DNA from: Acidobacteriota bacterium
GTDB lineage: Bacteria; Acidobacteriota; UBA6911; RPQK01; JAJDTT01
NCBI GenBank assembly: GCA_965116695.1
Contig: OZ220706.1
Location: 770,415 to 834,414, forward strand
Direction: 5' to 3'
Length of the DNA: 64,000 bases
The position numbers were made by a program, and so were the translations under genes. Below, one piece after another: positions 47,440 to 57,897 of this stretch. The notes beneath the pieces are model-generated. The model worked only from the letters and a program-made list of their open reading frames with translations. It made no database searches and was not told the DNA's origin. The first letter of the stretch is position 1; the number at the start of each line of letters is the position of its first letter.

Positions 47440-48661
47440 GACGGAGCCCCTCCACCGGATCCAAACGAGAAGCGGCGCGCGCCGGATACAGGGTGGCGGC
47501 AAAACTGATGAGAACGGCCAGCAGCGAAACCACCACCAGATCCCACGGATTCAACTGGAAGGGGACGTACGGAATCGAATAGACGCGAGGTTCCAGCGCG
47601 ATGACCTGCCAGGTGTCCAGGTACCAGGCGGTGACCGCTCCCAGGATGCCTCCCAGACTCGTGCCGGCCAACCCGATGATGAGGCCCTGGAGCATGAACA
47701 CCGCGGTGACCGTTCGGGGAGTCCCTCCCATGGCGGTGATGATCGAAATATCCCGATTCTTGTCCATGACCATGAGGGTCAAGGTGCTGACGATGTTCAG
47801 GGCCGCGACCAGAACGATGAGTCCGATGGCGACGAACAGGGCCAGTTTCTCCAACTCCAGAGCGGCGAACAGCGGCCGGTTCAGTTCGATCCAGGTGTTC
47901 GTGGCAAACTCGCCGCCCAGCGCCTCCTGCACGGTCCTGGCCTGGCTCTCGACGGCGTAGATGTCCTCGACACGCATTTCCAACGCCGACGCCTGGTCCT
48001 TCTCAAGGCCGAAAAAGGACTGCGCGGCGGCCAGCGGCACCAGCGCCCAATTGGAGTCGTATTCCCACAATCCGGACTCGAAGAGAGCCACGACCCGGAA
48101 ACTTCCGATCCGCAGATTGGGGCCGAAGGGTCTGAGCTCACCCTTCAGTCCGTAGGCCCGAACCGGTTCTCCAACCAGCGCTCCCAGGGATCCCGCCAGG
48201 TCCTTCCCGAGGATGATGGGAAAGGGCTTGCCGCCGTCATGGAATCCCGCCGTGGTCCCCTCGATGATGGAAACGCTCGTAGCGGAAGGCCGGCCCGGAT
48301 CGCCTCCGATCCCCTTCAGGATTGCCCCCTTCTGTCTCGAGCCGGACTGCAACATGGTCTGACCGTAGACCGTCGGCACGACGCTCTTGATTCCAGGCAT
48401 CCGGCTCAGGGCGCCGGCGATCCCCTGATAGTCCGGGATGGCCCGCTCCCGGGCCGGCAGGAGATTGAGATGCGAGGTGGCGCCCAGAATCCGGGCCTGG
48501 AATTCCCGCTGCAGGCCGTTGTTCAGAGCCAGGGCGATGGTGAGGGCCATCACGCCGGCCGCCACCCCGACCACCGAGATGATGCTGATGACCGAGATGA
48601 CCGCCTGTTTGCGCCGTGCTCGAAGATAGCGGAGGGCGACAAACAGCTCGAAACGCAACAC
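47432..48661 (-). CDS. lolC: Lipoprotein-releasing system permease LolC/E (FtsX/MacB-type)
   Basis: 409 aa. N-terminal TM, large periplasmic domain, C-terminal 3-TM FtsX domain. Confidence 0.85.
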   Translation of the reverse strand: MLRFELFVALRYLRARRKQAVISVISIISVVGVAAGVMALTIALALNNGLQREFQARILGATSHLNLLPARERAIPDYQGIAGALSRMPGIKSVVPTVYGQTMLQSGSRQKGAILKGIGGDPGRPSATSVSIIEGTTAGFHDGGKPFPIILGKDLAGSLGALVGEPVRAYGLKGELRPFGPNLRIGSFRVVALFESGLWEYDSNWALVPLAAAQSFFGLEKDQASALEMRVEDIYAVESQARTVQEALGGEFATNTWIELNRPLFAALELEKLALFVAIGLIVLVAALNIVSTLTLMVMDKNRDISIITAMGGTPRTVTAVFMLQGLIIGLAGTSLGGILGAVTAWYLDTWQVIALEPRVYSIPYVPFQLNPWDLVVVSLLAVLISFAATLYPARAASRLDPVEGLRHE

Positions 48662-48726
48662 CGTCCCTCATTTCGCCGCCCGGGCGCCGCCTCCGAATGC
48701 GGCCAACCCGGGCGAATCCTTGCCGT

Positions 48727-50244
48727 TCACTCCGTGTTCCGCGAGTCCCTTTCCCGCCGTGACGGGCGGAGATGGGGAAAGAGAATCACTTCCCGGATGG
48801 AAGGAGAGTTGGTCAGCAGCATGGCGAGGCGATCGATGCCGATTCCCTCGCCGGCCACCGGCGGCATTCCGTACTCGAGGGCCCGAACGTAGTCCTCGTC
48901 CATCTCGTGGGCTTCTTCGTTTCCCTGCTCCCGGTCGATGAGCTGCTCCCGGAATCGCTCCCTCTGCTCTTCCGGGTCGTTCAGCTCGCTGTAGGCGTTG
49001 GCCAGCTCCAGACCTCCGGCGAAGAGCTCGAACCGCTCGGTGAACCGGGGGTCGCCGGCTTTCCGCTTGGACAGCGGGGACAACTGCGCCGGAAAATCAT
49101 AGATGAAGGTGGGCTGAATCAAGTGTTTCTCGGCCACCGTTTCGAACAGCAGTCCAAGCATCCGATCCCAACTCGTTCCCGGAGGCACCCCCACGTTCCG
49201 GTCCCGAAGCAGGGTTTCGAGCGCCGCCGGGTCCATCAGGCTTCCGGACGAAGGGATCCGGGGACCGGGCCAGAATTCCCGAATCGACTCCACCATGCTG
49301 TAGCGCCGAAACGAGGAGAAGTCGATGGTCGACGGCCCGAACTCCACCTCCAGCCCTTGGCAGACCTCGCGGACCAGCCCCTTCAACATCTCTTCCGTCA
49401 GATCCATCAGGTCGCCGTAGTCGCTGTAGGCCTGGTAGAACTCCAACATGGTGAACTCGGGATTGTGCCGGGTGGACACGCCCTCGTTTCGAAAATTCCG
49501 GTTGATCTCGTACACCCGATCCAACCCGCCCACGACCAGGCGTTTGAGGTAGAGCTCCGGCGCGATCCTCAGGAACAAGGGGATTCCCAGCGCTTCGTGA
49601 TAAGTCTTGAACGGCCGCGCCGTCGCACCCCCCGCCAGCGTCTGCATCATGGGAGTTTCCACTTCCAGGAACCCCCTGTCCTCCAGAAAGCGGCGGAGGA
49701 ACGAGATGATCCGGTTGCGGCGGACGAATACGGACCGCACGCGCGGGTTGGCCATCAGGTCCAGATAGCGTTGGCGGTATCGCACCTCGACGTCGGCCAG
49801 GCCGTGCCACTTCTCGGGAAGGGGCCGCATCGACTTGGACAACAACTGAACCGAATCGGCGAAGACCGTCAGTTCACCCGTGCGGGTCCGCAGCAACTCG
49901 CCCTCCGCTCCCAGAAAATCCCCGATGTCCAGCAACCGGAACAGATCGTGTTCCTCCGGTCCCACCCGGTCGCGGCGCACGTAGATCTGGAGCCGGCCTC
50001 CGCCCTGGCTCAGGTGGGCGAAGCTGACCTTGCCGTGGCCGCGGATCGAAACGATGCGGCCCGCGGTTCGAACCTTGTGCCGCGCGGACTCCAGCTCCGG
50101 CGCCTCCAGGTGGGAGTAGTTCTCCAGAATCCGGGGAATCTCGTGGGTCAGGTCGTAGTTGGCGGGATAGGGATCATGGCCGCCGGCCCGTATGCGCCGC
50201 AGTTTCTCCAACCGCCGGCCGATCAGCTCGTTTCCGGAAGTCAT
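48727..50244 (-). CDS. lysS: Lysine--tRNA ligase (class II)
   Basis: N-terminal OB anticodon-binding domain. Class II motifs including FELFAGGLELANAYSELNDP and GMPPVAGEGIGIDRL. Confidence 0.95.
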   Translation of the reverse strand: MTSGNELIGRRLEKLRRIRAGGHDPYPANYDLTHEIPRILENYSHLEAPELESARHKVRTAGRIVSIRGHGKVSFAHLSQGGGRLQIYVRRDRVGPEEHDLFRLLDIGDFLGAEGELLRTRTGELTVFADSVQLLSKSMRPLPEKWHGLADVEVRYRQRYLDLMANPRVRSVFVRRNRIISFLRRFLEDRGFLEVETPMMQTLAGGATARPFKTYHEALGIPLFLRIAPELYLKRLVVGGLDRVYEINRNFRNEGVSTRHNPEFTMLEFYQAYSDYGDLMDLTEEMLKGLVREVCQGLEVEFGPSTIDFSSFRRYSMVESIREFWPGPRIPSSGSLMDPAALETLLRDRNVGVPPGTSWDRMLGLLFETVAEKHLIQPTFIYDFPAQLSPLSKRKAGDPRFTERFELFAGGLELANAYSELNDPEEQRERFREQLIDREQGNEEAHEMDEDYVRALEYGMPPVAGEGIGIDRLAMLLTNSPSIREVILFPHLRPSRRERDSRNTE

Positions 50245-50307
50245 GGTTCCGATCCCTGCCGCCGGGTCCTCCCTGCCTGGCGTCCGGCGCCCGTCATGCC
50301 GCTTGAC

Positions 50308-50724
50308 TCAACCGGTCTCCCGTTCGGCATCCAGTTCCTTGCGGATGGCGTCCAGAATACCGTTGACGAAGTCCGCCGACCGCTCGGTGCCATATTTTCG
50401 CGCGATCTCGATGGCCTCGTCGATGACCACCACCTTGGGCGTGTCCAGAAAGAGGAACTCCGCGACTCCCAGGCGCAGCACGTTTCGATCGACCGCCGAA
50501 ATTCTCCTCAATTTCCAGTTGTCGCAATGACGTTGGATCAGGTCGTCGATCCTGCTCCTGTCTTGCAGTGACTTCCCGAACAAGCGGCCGGTGAAGCTGC
50601 GGGTCTCTACGGCCGCGGCATGGCGGTCCCAGAAGGACCGTTCTACGACGGCGCCGGGGTCCCGGGTCACTTCCTGCTGATAGAGCATCTGCAGGGCATA
50701 TTCGCGCGCCCTCCTTCGGCTCAT
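50308..50724 (-). CDS. nusB: Transcription antitermination factor NusB
   Basis: 138 aa all-helical. Conserved RRRAREYALQMLYQ N-terminus. Downstream of ribH, as in the canonical ribH-nusB operon. Confidence 0.9.
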   Translation of the reverse strand: MSRRRAREYALQMLYQQEVTRDPGAVVERSFWDRHAAAVETRSFTGRLFGKSLQDRSRIDDLIQRHCDNWKLRRISAVDRNVLRLGVAEFLFLDTPKVVVIDEAIEIARKYGTERSADFVNGILDAIRKELDAERETG

Positions 50725-50863
50725 AGCGAACTACTGAACCCGCAGAAGGGTCCCTCCAGCCGGTGGGATCGATGGTCTTGCACCCGGAAGGAGGTCATTC
50801 CCGGTCTGAACACCGGCACGGGAGGCCAGGGAGTGCATCCCTTCCGCCCATCCAGCCGGCCCA

Positions 50864-51337
50864 TCAGCCGTCCGCCAGCTTCTGACGGGCCAAGTCGGCC
50901 ATTTCCACCGCGGCGGACGCTGCTTCCGCCCCTTTGTTGCCATGTTTCAAGCCGGCGCGATTGATGGCTTGTTCGGTGGTATCCGCCGTGATCAGGCCGT
51001 AGGTGATGGGGACGTCCTGTTCCAATGCCAATCGCGACAGGGCCCCCGTCACATGCGTAGCCAGGTATTCGTAATGGTCGGTCTCTCCCCGAATCAGGGT
51101 TCCGAGACAGACCACCGCATCGCAGATCCCGGCCGTAGCCAGTTTTCGGGCGGCAAACGGGATTTCGAAGCTCCCGGGCACATGAACGACGGTCACTCCG
51201 TCATCCGGGACTCCGAGCCGGTGGAGCACGCCCAACGCGCCCGTCAGAAGCCGATCGGTGACCAACTCGTTGAACCGGCTGACCACCACGCCGATCCTGA
51301 GGTCCGCGCCATTCATGCGTCCTGTGATTTCCTTCAC
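50864..51337 (-). CDS. ribH: 6,7-dimethyl-8-ribityllumazine synthase
   Basis: Motifs RIGVVVSRFNE, VPGSFEIP and GETDHYEY. Confidence 0.95.
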   Translation of the reverse strand: MKEITGRMNGADLRIGVVVSRFNELVTDRLLTGALGVLHRLGVPDDGVTVVHVPGSFEIPFAARKLATAGICDAVVCLGTLIRGETDHYEYLATHVTGALSRLALEQDVPITYGLITADTTEQAINRAGLKHGNKGAEAASAAVEMADLARQKLADG

Positions 51338-51416
51338 GTCCGTCTCTCCCGGACCCCAGTCTACTACGACTTGCCGTCCGCAGTGACTTTTGTCACGGGT
51401 TGCCGGGCCTTCGGCG

Positions 51417-52199
51417 TCATCGGCCCTTGAAACGGGGCCGTCTCTTCTCCATGAAGGCCCGGGTCCCCTCCTTCATGTCATCCGTGCCGGAAGCCAGCCC
51501 GAAGAGGGCCGTCTCCAGGTCGAGCCCGGCTTGCAGGGACAGGTCGTAACCTCGATTGACCGCCTCGAAACAGTACCTGACGGCCAAGGGGGCCTGCCCG
51601 GCGATCCGGGACGCCAGTTCGCGGCAGGTGGACAGAAGGTCCTCCGGATTTACGACGCGGCTCACCAGACCGGCCTCCAGAGCCTCCCGGGCGGTCATGG
51701 TCCTGCCGCAAAGCAACAACTCGAGAGCCTTGGAGCGTCCCACGATCCGGGCCAGGCGTTGGGTGCCTCCGTAGCCGGGAATGATGCCCAGCTTCACTTC
51801 AGGCAACCCGATTCGAGCATCCGTTCCGGCAATCCGGAGGTGGCACGCCAATGCCAGCTCGCAGCCCCCGCCGAGACAGAAGCCCCGCACCGCAGCCAGA
51901 ACCGGCTTGGACCCGCGCTCGATACGATTCAGGACAGCATGGCCACGCCGCGAGAACGCCTGGGAGGTCTCGGCGTTCAGCCGGTGGACCTCAGGGATGT
52001 CGGCTCCGGCGGAAAACGCCTTCCCGGCACCTGAGAGGAGCACGATACGGACCCTCTCATCCCGTTCCAGGGACCGGAAGGCCGCATCCAACTCCCGAAT
52101 CGTTTCCTCGTTCAAGGCGTTCAGGACCTCCGGCCGTTCCAGGGTGAGCTCTGCCACCCCACCCGAATCGATCTCCAGCCTCAGGTTCCTGAATTTCAT
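51417..52199 (-). CDS. Enoyl-CoA hydratase/isomerase (crotonase) family protein
   Basis: GAGKAFSAGADI oxyanion-hole motif and GGGCELAL motif. Confidence 0.9.
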   Translation of the reverse strand: MKFRNLRLEIDSGGVAELTLERPEVLNALNEETIRELDAAFRSLERDERVRIVLLSGAGKAFSAGADIPEVHRLNAETSQAFSRRGHAVLNRIERGSKPVLAAVRGFCLGGGCELALACHLRIAGTDARIGLPEVKLGIIPGYGGTQRLARIVGRSKALELLLCGRTMTAREALEAGLVSRVVNPEDLLSTCRELASRIAGQAPLAVRYCFEAVNRGYDLSLQAGLDLETALFGLASGTDDMKEGTRAFMEKRRPRFKGR

Positions 52200-52234
52200 G
52201 ACTTGGCTGACTCAGCTCCCCAAATGCAGGCGAT

Positions 52235-52792
52235 TCACCCCCGGTTGCAGGCCAGGACACGAACGCCGCGGACCAGGTACTGGACGCCGCTGCCCACCGT
52301 CACAAGGGCCGTCAGACCGAAGAGACCGGCGTGAAACGGTATTCGCCACGGGATCGCGTTGTCCACGAGGACCACCAGGATGGTTGTGAACTGGGAAAGG
52401 GTGGACAACTTCCCCAGCATGGACGGCGGAAACGCCCTGGTGCCGGACAAGACGTAGGCCGAGAGGGCGCCGATTCCAAGAATCAGGTCCCGCGCCACCA
52501 CCGACAGAGTCAACCAATGCGGAATCCGGACCTCCAGTGCCGGGTTCTCCAGGGAGAGCACGACCAGAGCGCCGACCATCAGGAGCTTGTCGGCCAAGGG
52601 ATCCAGAAATCTGCCCAGGGCGGTCCGCTGGCCGTATTTCCGGGCGATGTGTCCGTCCAGCAGATCCGTAGCCCCGGACAGAAGGAACACCGCCAGAGCC
52701 GTCCCGACCGACCCGGAAGCGACCAGTCCCACCAATAGCGGAACCGAAAGGATACGAAGCAACGTGAGCTGGTTCGCTGCGGTCATGGCCAC
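52235..52792 (-). CDS. pgsA: CDP-diacylglycerol--glycerol-3-phosphate 3-phosphatidyltransferase (CDP-alcohol phosphatidyltransferase family)
   Basis: Motif DLLDGHIARKYGQRTALGRFLDPLADK (D-G-x2-A-R-x8-G-x3-D-x3-D). Confidence 0.85.
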   Translation of the reverse strand: MAMTAANQLTLLRILSVPLLVGLVASGSVGTALAVFLLSGATDLLDGHIARKYGQRTALGRFLDPLADKLLMVGALVVLSLENPALEVRIPHWLTLSVVARDLILGIGALSAYVLSGTRAFPPSMLGKLSTLSQFTTILVVLVDNAIPWRIPFHAGLFGLTALVTVGSGVQYLVRGVRVLACNRG

Positions 52793-52844
52793 CCACCGCC
52801 AATTCGTTCCATTACCCCCCGGCGCCGGTCAAGATCTCAAGGGG

Positions 52845-54644
52845 TCAACTCTTGACGAACCGGGAACCCGATCCCTGACCGACCGTCTCCCACGACGGCA
52901 TCTCATGTTGCACGTACTGTTCGACTTCCTGAATCGTGGAGAACCGCAACAATTCCCGGATCCTCTCCCGGGCTTCCTCGTAGACCATCTCTCGAATTCT
53001 CTTTTTCACCGCCGGAATGGCGAACGGGTTCATGGAAAGCCGCTGGAAACCCATACCGATGAGCAGATACGCGTAGAGCGGCTGCGCGGCCACTTCTCCG
53101 CAGACGTAGGCGGGAATGCGATTCTCGGACGCGACTCTGGCCACCCGTTCCAGGCTCTGCAGGATGGCCGGGTGGAGAGGGTTGAAGAGGGAGGACAGGA
53201 GGTCGCTGGACCGGTCGACCGCCAGCGTGAACTGGATCAGATCATTGCTGCCCACCGACACGAAATCGGCATGCCGGCAGATACCGTCCAGCACCAGTAC
53301 GGCTGAAGGGACCTCGATCATGGCGCCCACCTGGATCGGTGATTCCGGTTCGAATCCGGTTTCTTCGGACACCTCCCGCTCCACCTGCCGAATCAACCCG
53401 CGGGCGGTGACCAGTTCATCCGCGCTTGAGATCATGGGGAGCAGAATTCGCAGGTTCCCCTCTCTGCGGGCACTGACGATGGCTCTCGCCTGATCCCGAA
53501 ACAGTTGGGGACGGTCCAGGCTCAATCGAATCCCCCGGAGGCCCAGCACGGGTCCCTCGCCGGCCAGCCGGGTGAAGTACGGGTGATCTTCCGTACCCAT
53601 GTCCAGCGTTCGGATGACGGCAGGGCGCCGCCCCGTCAGCCGGGCCAACCGCCGATAGATACCCAACTGCTCCTCGTACCGGACGGGACCACTCATTTCG
53701 CCCATGTAAACGAATTCGGAACGAAACAGTCCGATTCCTTCCGCACCCAAGCCGAATGCCACCGTGGCTTCGTCCTCCATGTCGGTGTTTGCAAGCACGG
53801 AGACGACCCTCCCGTCAGCCGTGGACGACGGTCTGAAGTCCCCTTCCAACTCGGAACTGCGGCGTTGCTCCTCCCGCAGCAACACCTGGAAATCCCGGCG
53901 CTCGCCCGCCGACGGTTGCACCAGCACCACACCCTCGGAACCGTCGACGATCAATTCGTCGCCGGTGCGAACGTTCCCTTCCACTTCCCGGACGCCGGAA
54001 ACGGCCGGAATGCGGTGCACGCGGGCGATGATGGTGATATGCGAGGTCTGTCCCCCACGCGTCGAAACCAGTCCCTTGACCTGGGCCAGCGGGAAACTGG
54101 CCAGATCCGAGAGTCCGATTTCCGGTCCCACCAGGATCAGGTCTTCGGAGGATTGTTCCTTCTGGCGGGGTGGTCCGGACTCGCCCAGGTTGGCAACGAT
54201 TCGCCTCGCCACCTCTTCCAGGTCCGATCCCCGGTCCCGGAAAAAGGGATCGGTCAGAGTGCGGTACAAGGCCAGCCACTCCTCAGTGGCCTCCCAGACG
54301 GCCCGCTCGGGACCGTACAGGTGATCCCTGATCTTGGATCGGATCTGGTCCAGGAAGTCCTGATCTTCAAGGATCAGGCGATGGGCATCGATGATGTAGG
54401 AGTGTTCCTTGCCCAGTTGCTGCTCGAATCGTTCCTTGATCCGGACCAGTTGCTCCCGGGACTTGGCCAGCGCTTCCTGCAGCCTCTCGAGCTCCCGGGG
54501 CGCTTCAGCCGGAGAAAGGTACAGCCGATGGAATTCCGGCGCGTGTTGCTCGATCCGATAGGCTCTTCCGGCTCCGATTCCCGGAGAAAGGGGTGTGCCC
54601 ACCAATCTCCGGCTGGATTCGTCGCGTTGCACCTGCTCCACCAT
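52845..54644 (-). CDS. ptsI: Phosphoenolpyruvate-protein phosphotransferase (PTS enzyme I)
   Basis: 599 aa. PEP-utilising phospho-His domain GGQTSHITIIAR. C-terminal PEP-binding TIM barrel. Confidence 0.9.
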   Translation of the reverse strand: MVEQVQRDESSRRLVGTPLSPGIGAGRAYRIEQHAPEFHRLYLSPAEAPRELERLQEALAKSREQLVRIKERFEQQLGKEHSYIIDAHRLILEDQDFLDQIRSKIRDHLYGPERAVWEATEEWLALYRTLTDPFFRDRGSDLEEVARRIVANLGESGPPRQKEQSSEDLILVGPEIGLSDLASFPLAQVKGLVSTRGGQTSHITIIARVHRIPAVSGVREVEGNVRTGDELIVDGSEGVVLVQPSAGERRDFQVLLREEQRRSSELEGDFRPSSTADGRVVSVLANTDMEDEATVAFGLGAEGIGLFRSEFVYMGEMSGPVRYEEQLGIYRRLARLTGRRPAVIRTLDMGTEDHPYFTRLAGEGPVLGLRGIRLSLDRPQLFRDQARAIVSARREGNLRILLPMISSADELVTARGLIRQVEREVSEETGFEPESPIQVGAMIEVPSAVLVLDGICRHADFVSVGSNDLIQFTLAVDRSSDLLSSLFNPLHPAILQSLERVARVASENRIPAYVCGEVAAQPLYAYLLIGMGFQRLSMNPFAIPAVKKRIREMVYEEARERIRELLRFSTIQEVEQYVQHEMPSWETVGQGSGSRFVKS

Positions 54645-54727
54645 TTCCCTCGAAAATATAGCAAAGACCCGGGTCTGCCCATCGGGAGCGAATCGTCCCG
54701 CTCACGCCGGGCGTCAAGCCCGCCGAT

Positions 54728-55003
54728 TCACTTCTCCTCTCCAAACCGGTTCCTGACCAGAGTCTCAATGGCCTCGGCCGCCTCGATCTCGTCGGACCCG
54801 CGAACCGTAATTTCGAGCTCGGTTCCCCAGGACGCGGCCAACAGGAGAATCCCCAGAATGCTCTTGCCGTCGATCTCCTGGGACCCGCCGGCTCGGGAAA
54901 GCTTGACGTCGCTGTCGAAACGGGATGCCGTCCTGACCAGCTTGGCTGCCGCGCGGGCGTGCAACCCCAGACGATTCCGGATCGGCAAGACGCGCCGGAT
55001 CAT
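54728..55003 (-). CDS. ptsH: Phosphocarrier protein HPr
   Basis: 91 aa. His15-region GLHARAAA. Ser46-region GKSILGIL, which would be the HprK target. Confidence 0.9.
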   Translation of the reverse strand: MIRRVLPIRNRLGLHARAAAKLVRTASRFDSDVKLSRAGGSQEIDGKSILGILLLAASWGTELEITVRGSDEIEAAEAIETLVRNRFGEEK

Positions 55004-55416
55004 TCCCCCAGCAACCCGCTGGCCAGGGCGATGTGTTTCTGCCCCTGTTCCAGGACCCGTTGCGCGAGCTCGCTCACGTCCTCGTTGCCCGTCTGGTTGG
55101 CCAGCTTGATGATCATGGGAAGGTTCACTCCGGTGACGATTTCCACCTCTCCCTTTTTCAACAGCGCGAGAGTCAGGTTGGATGGGGTCCCTCCGAACAT
55201 GTCCGTCAGGATGATGACGCCGCCGCCGCGGTCGAGGGTGCTGATGGCTTCTTCGATCCCCTGCCGCGACCGCTCGACATCGTCATGCCATCCGATGGAG
55301 ACCGGCAGCACGTGGGGAATCTTGCCGACGATCATCTCCGCGGCGGCGACCAGCTCATGGCCCAGTCTCCCGTGGGTGACGACAAGCCCGCCGATTTGGA
55401 TCCGTTGTCGATTCAT
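55000..55416 (-). CDS. PTS EIIA component, mannose/fructose family (EIIA-Man type)
   Basis: 138 aa. The VVTHG...G motif carries the phospho-His; PTS_EIIA_4 fold. 4-nt overlaps on both sides. Confidence 0.8.
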   Translation of the reverse strand: MNRQRIQIGGLVVTHGRLGHELVAAAEMIVGKIPHVLPVSIGWHDDVERSRQGIEEAISTLDRGGGVIILTDMFGGTPSNLTLALLKKGEVEIVTGVNLPMIIKLANQTGNEDVSELAQRVLEQGQKHIALASGLLGE

Positions 55417-56405
55417 TCATTGTCTCCATCCCCCGCTCGGGGTTGTTCTCCTTGCCCCCACGGTACTCGAATCCGCCGTTCCAGCAGGCGAATCGACTCC
55501 AGCGCGGGATTATAGCCCTGCATCTTCAGTTTCTGGATTCTGACGGCCACCTCCACCAGGGTCGCCAGGGTTCGTCCCGGCGCCACCGGAATGGTGATCA
55601 GCGGAAGATCGACTCCCAGGACGCGATAATTCTCCTCTTCCAGTCCCAATCGGTCCCGGGTATCCCGCTCCGGCCATTTTTCCAGCTTGATCACCAGATC
55701 GACGGGCCGGGCGGGACTCAGCACGGAGATCCCGAACAGATCCCTGACGTTGATGATGCCCAACCCCCGCAGCTCCATGTGAAAGGGCGCATCGGGAAGG
55801 CCCGAACCCACCAGGCTCTCGCCCGAAACCCTCTTCAATACCACCAGATCGTCGCTCACCAGGCGGTGGCCCCTCACGATCAGGTCCAGTGCGCACTCGC
55901 TCTTGCCGATGCCCGACTCCCCCACCAGCAGGACCCCAAGTCCCAGGAGCTCCACCAGGACTCCATGGATGGTCCGGGTGAGAGCCAGATGTTCCTGCAG
56001 ATTGGACGTGACCTCGACGATGGCCTGGGAACTGAGCGCCGTCGTCGTGAGGACCGGAGTTGCAGCCCTCTCCGCCTCGGCCAGAAAATCGGGCGGCGGC
56101 GCCAAACCGGTCGTTACCAGAATGCAACAGAGTCCAACGTCGAAGGCATCGGAGAAAACCTTGCGGCGACGCTCCGGCGACAACTCCTCCATGTAGTAGT
56201 TCTCGGTGCGGCCGACGAACTGCACCCGGCCCCGGTGCAGATAGCGCGTGTACCCGGAAAGGGCCAGGCCCAACTTCTGAATTCTGGGAGAGGTGATGGA
56301 GTTGTCCAGACCCGCCCGGCCGGAGGCCAGCGCCAGGTTCAGGGCCGGGTCCATGGACTCGTAGAACTGCCGGACGGTCACCGAGGGGATGGAATGATGC
56401 TGCAT
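55413..56405 (-). CDS. hprK: HPr kinase/phosphorylase
   Basis: Walker A GESGIGKSE. HprK C-terminal catalytic domain signature LVSDD. Confidence 0.9.
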   Translation of the reverse strand: MQHHSIPSVTVRQFYESMDPALNLALASGRAGLDNSITSPRIQKLGLALSGYTRYLHRGRVQFVGRTENYYMEELSPERRRKVFSDAFDVGLCCILVTTGLAPPPDFLAEAERAATPVLTTTALSSQAIVEVTSNLQEHLALTRTIHGVLVELLGLGVLLVGESGIGKSECALDLIVRGHRLVSDDLVVLKRVSGESLVGSGLPDAPFHMELRGLGIINVRDLFGISVLSPARPVDLVIKLEKWPERDTRDRLGLEEENYRVLGVDLPLITIPVAPGRTLATLVEVAVRIQKLKMQGYNPALESIRLLERRIRVPWGQGEQPRAGDGDNE

Positions 56406-56451
56406 GGTTCACGCCTCGCCTGCGGCCCTCAGGGTAGGAAATGAACGAGGG

Positions 56452-57897
56452 CTACAACAAGTTCGCCTTCTTTCTGGCAAGCGACCCGGGAATTCTCATC
56501 TGATCCCGATATTTGGCGACGGTGCGGCGGGTGATCCTGATCCCGTCCCGGTTCAACCGGTTGGTGAGTTTCTGGTCGGAGAAGGGTTTTTTGGGATCCT
56601 CGCCCCCGATCAGGGTCTTGAGCCTGTCCTTCACCTGCATGGTGGAGACGTTCTCTCCATTGGCGTGCTCCACGCCCACCGAGAAGAATCGCCGCAACTC
56701 CATCACGCCCTGCGGGGTGTGAGCGTACTTGTTGGCGACGACGCGGCTGATGGTGGACGGATGGACGCCCAGTTCATCGGCTACATCCTTGATCAACAAT
56801 GGCTTCAGCTTCCGGATGCCCGATTCCATGAAGTTTTGCTGGTGCCGGACGATGACGCGACAGACTCGAAAGATGGTCGCCTGCCGTTGATCCACCCCTC
56901 GCAGCAATTCGATGGCCGAACGAAATCGCTCCCGGATGAAGCTCTTCGTGTCCTTGGAGACGCCATTCTTGCGAAGCAGCTTCCGGTAGGCACGGTTGAT
57001 TCTCAGCTTGGGGAGACCATCGTCATTGAGGCTGACCTGGTATTCGCCTTCGACCTTTCGAATGTGCACGTCCGGCCGGACGTAGACTGGTTGGGAGGAG
57101 GAAAATTTCTGTCCCGGGCGCGGCGAAAAGCCGCGAATCAGTTCGAGAGCGCGGGACAGATCCTTGGCATCGCAGTCCAGGCGATTCAGAATGCTGGAAT
57201 ATTTCCTGCCTTCGAACAATGGCAGGCAGTCCCGGATCAGCGCGCCGACCAGAGAGTCCTCCAGCCCTGCGGCTTTCGCCTGCAGCAAAAGGCACTCGCG
57301 CAGGTCCCGGCAGCCGACGCCCACCGGATCGAGGGTCTGAACCGCCGCCAGCGCGGCGTCGACACGGCCCGAAGGAACCTGCAACTGCCGGCAGATCTCC
57401 TCCGGGGTGAGGGTCAGGTAGCCGTCCTCATCCAGATTCCCCACGATGAAATAGGCGATCTCCCGCAGGTCCGAATCGAGGCCGCTCAGATTCAACTGCC
57501 AATTCAGGTAATCCCACAAGGAATCGGCGGATGGGAGGAACTGCTCGAACGAAACCTTCTGTTCCACCGGTTCGAATTCCTGGCGCTCGTAACTCGATCC
57601 CAGGTAGTCTCCGAAGAAATATTCGAAGTCCAGGTCCTCCAGACGACCTTCTTCCTCCAGCGGATCCGCGTCCTCCTCCGATTCCCGGGCCGTTTCCGAA
57701 ACCTCCGGGCCGGCTTCGAAATGATCTGAAACGTCGTCCAGCAAGGGGTTCTCCTCCAACTCCTGTTGGAGAATCTCCGAGAGTTCCAACTGGTTTACGG
57801 AGAGGAGCTCGATCTTCTGGAGGAGTGAGGGAGTGATGGCCAGCCGTTGCGACAGGCCAATTACCAGGGAGGGTTTCAATTGAGCGCGTCGACTCAT
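56452..57897 (-). CDS. rpoN: RNA polymerase sigma-54 factor
   Basis: 481 aa. Q/acidic-rich N-terminal region. C-terminal RpoN box ARRTVAKYR. Helix-turn-helix region. Confidence 0.95.
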   Translation of the reverse strand: MSRRAQLKPSLVIGLSQRLAITPSLLQKIELLSVNQLELSEILQQELEENPLLDDVSDHFEAGPEVSETARESEEDADPLEEEGRLEDLDFEYFFGDYLGSSYERQEFEPVEQKVSFEQFLPSADSLWDYLNWQLNLSGLDSDLREIAYFIVGNLDEDGYLTLTPEEICRQLQVPSGRVDAALAAVQTLDPVGVGCRDLRECLLLQAKAAGLEDSLVGALIRDCLPLFEGRKYSSILNRLDCDAKDLSRALELIRGFSPRPGQKFSSSQPVYVRPDVHIRKVEGEYQVSLNDDGLPKLRINRAYRKLLRKNGVSKDTKSFIRERFRSAIELLRGVDQRQATIFRVCRVIVRHQQNFMESGIRKLKPLLIKDVADELGVHPSTISRVVANKYAHTPQGVMELRRFFSVGVEHANGENVSTMQVKDRLKTLIGGEDPKKPFSDQKLTNRLNRDGIRITRRTVAKYRDQMRIPGSLARKKANLL

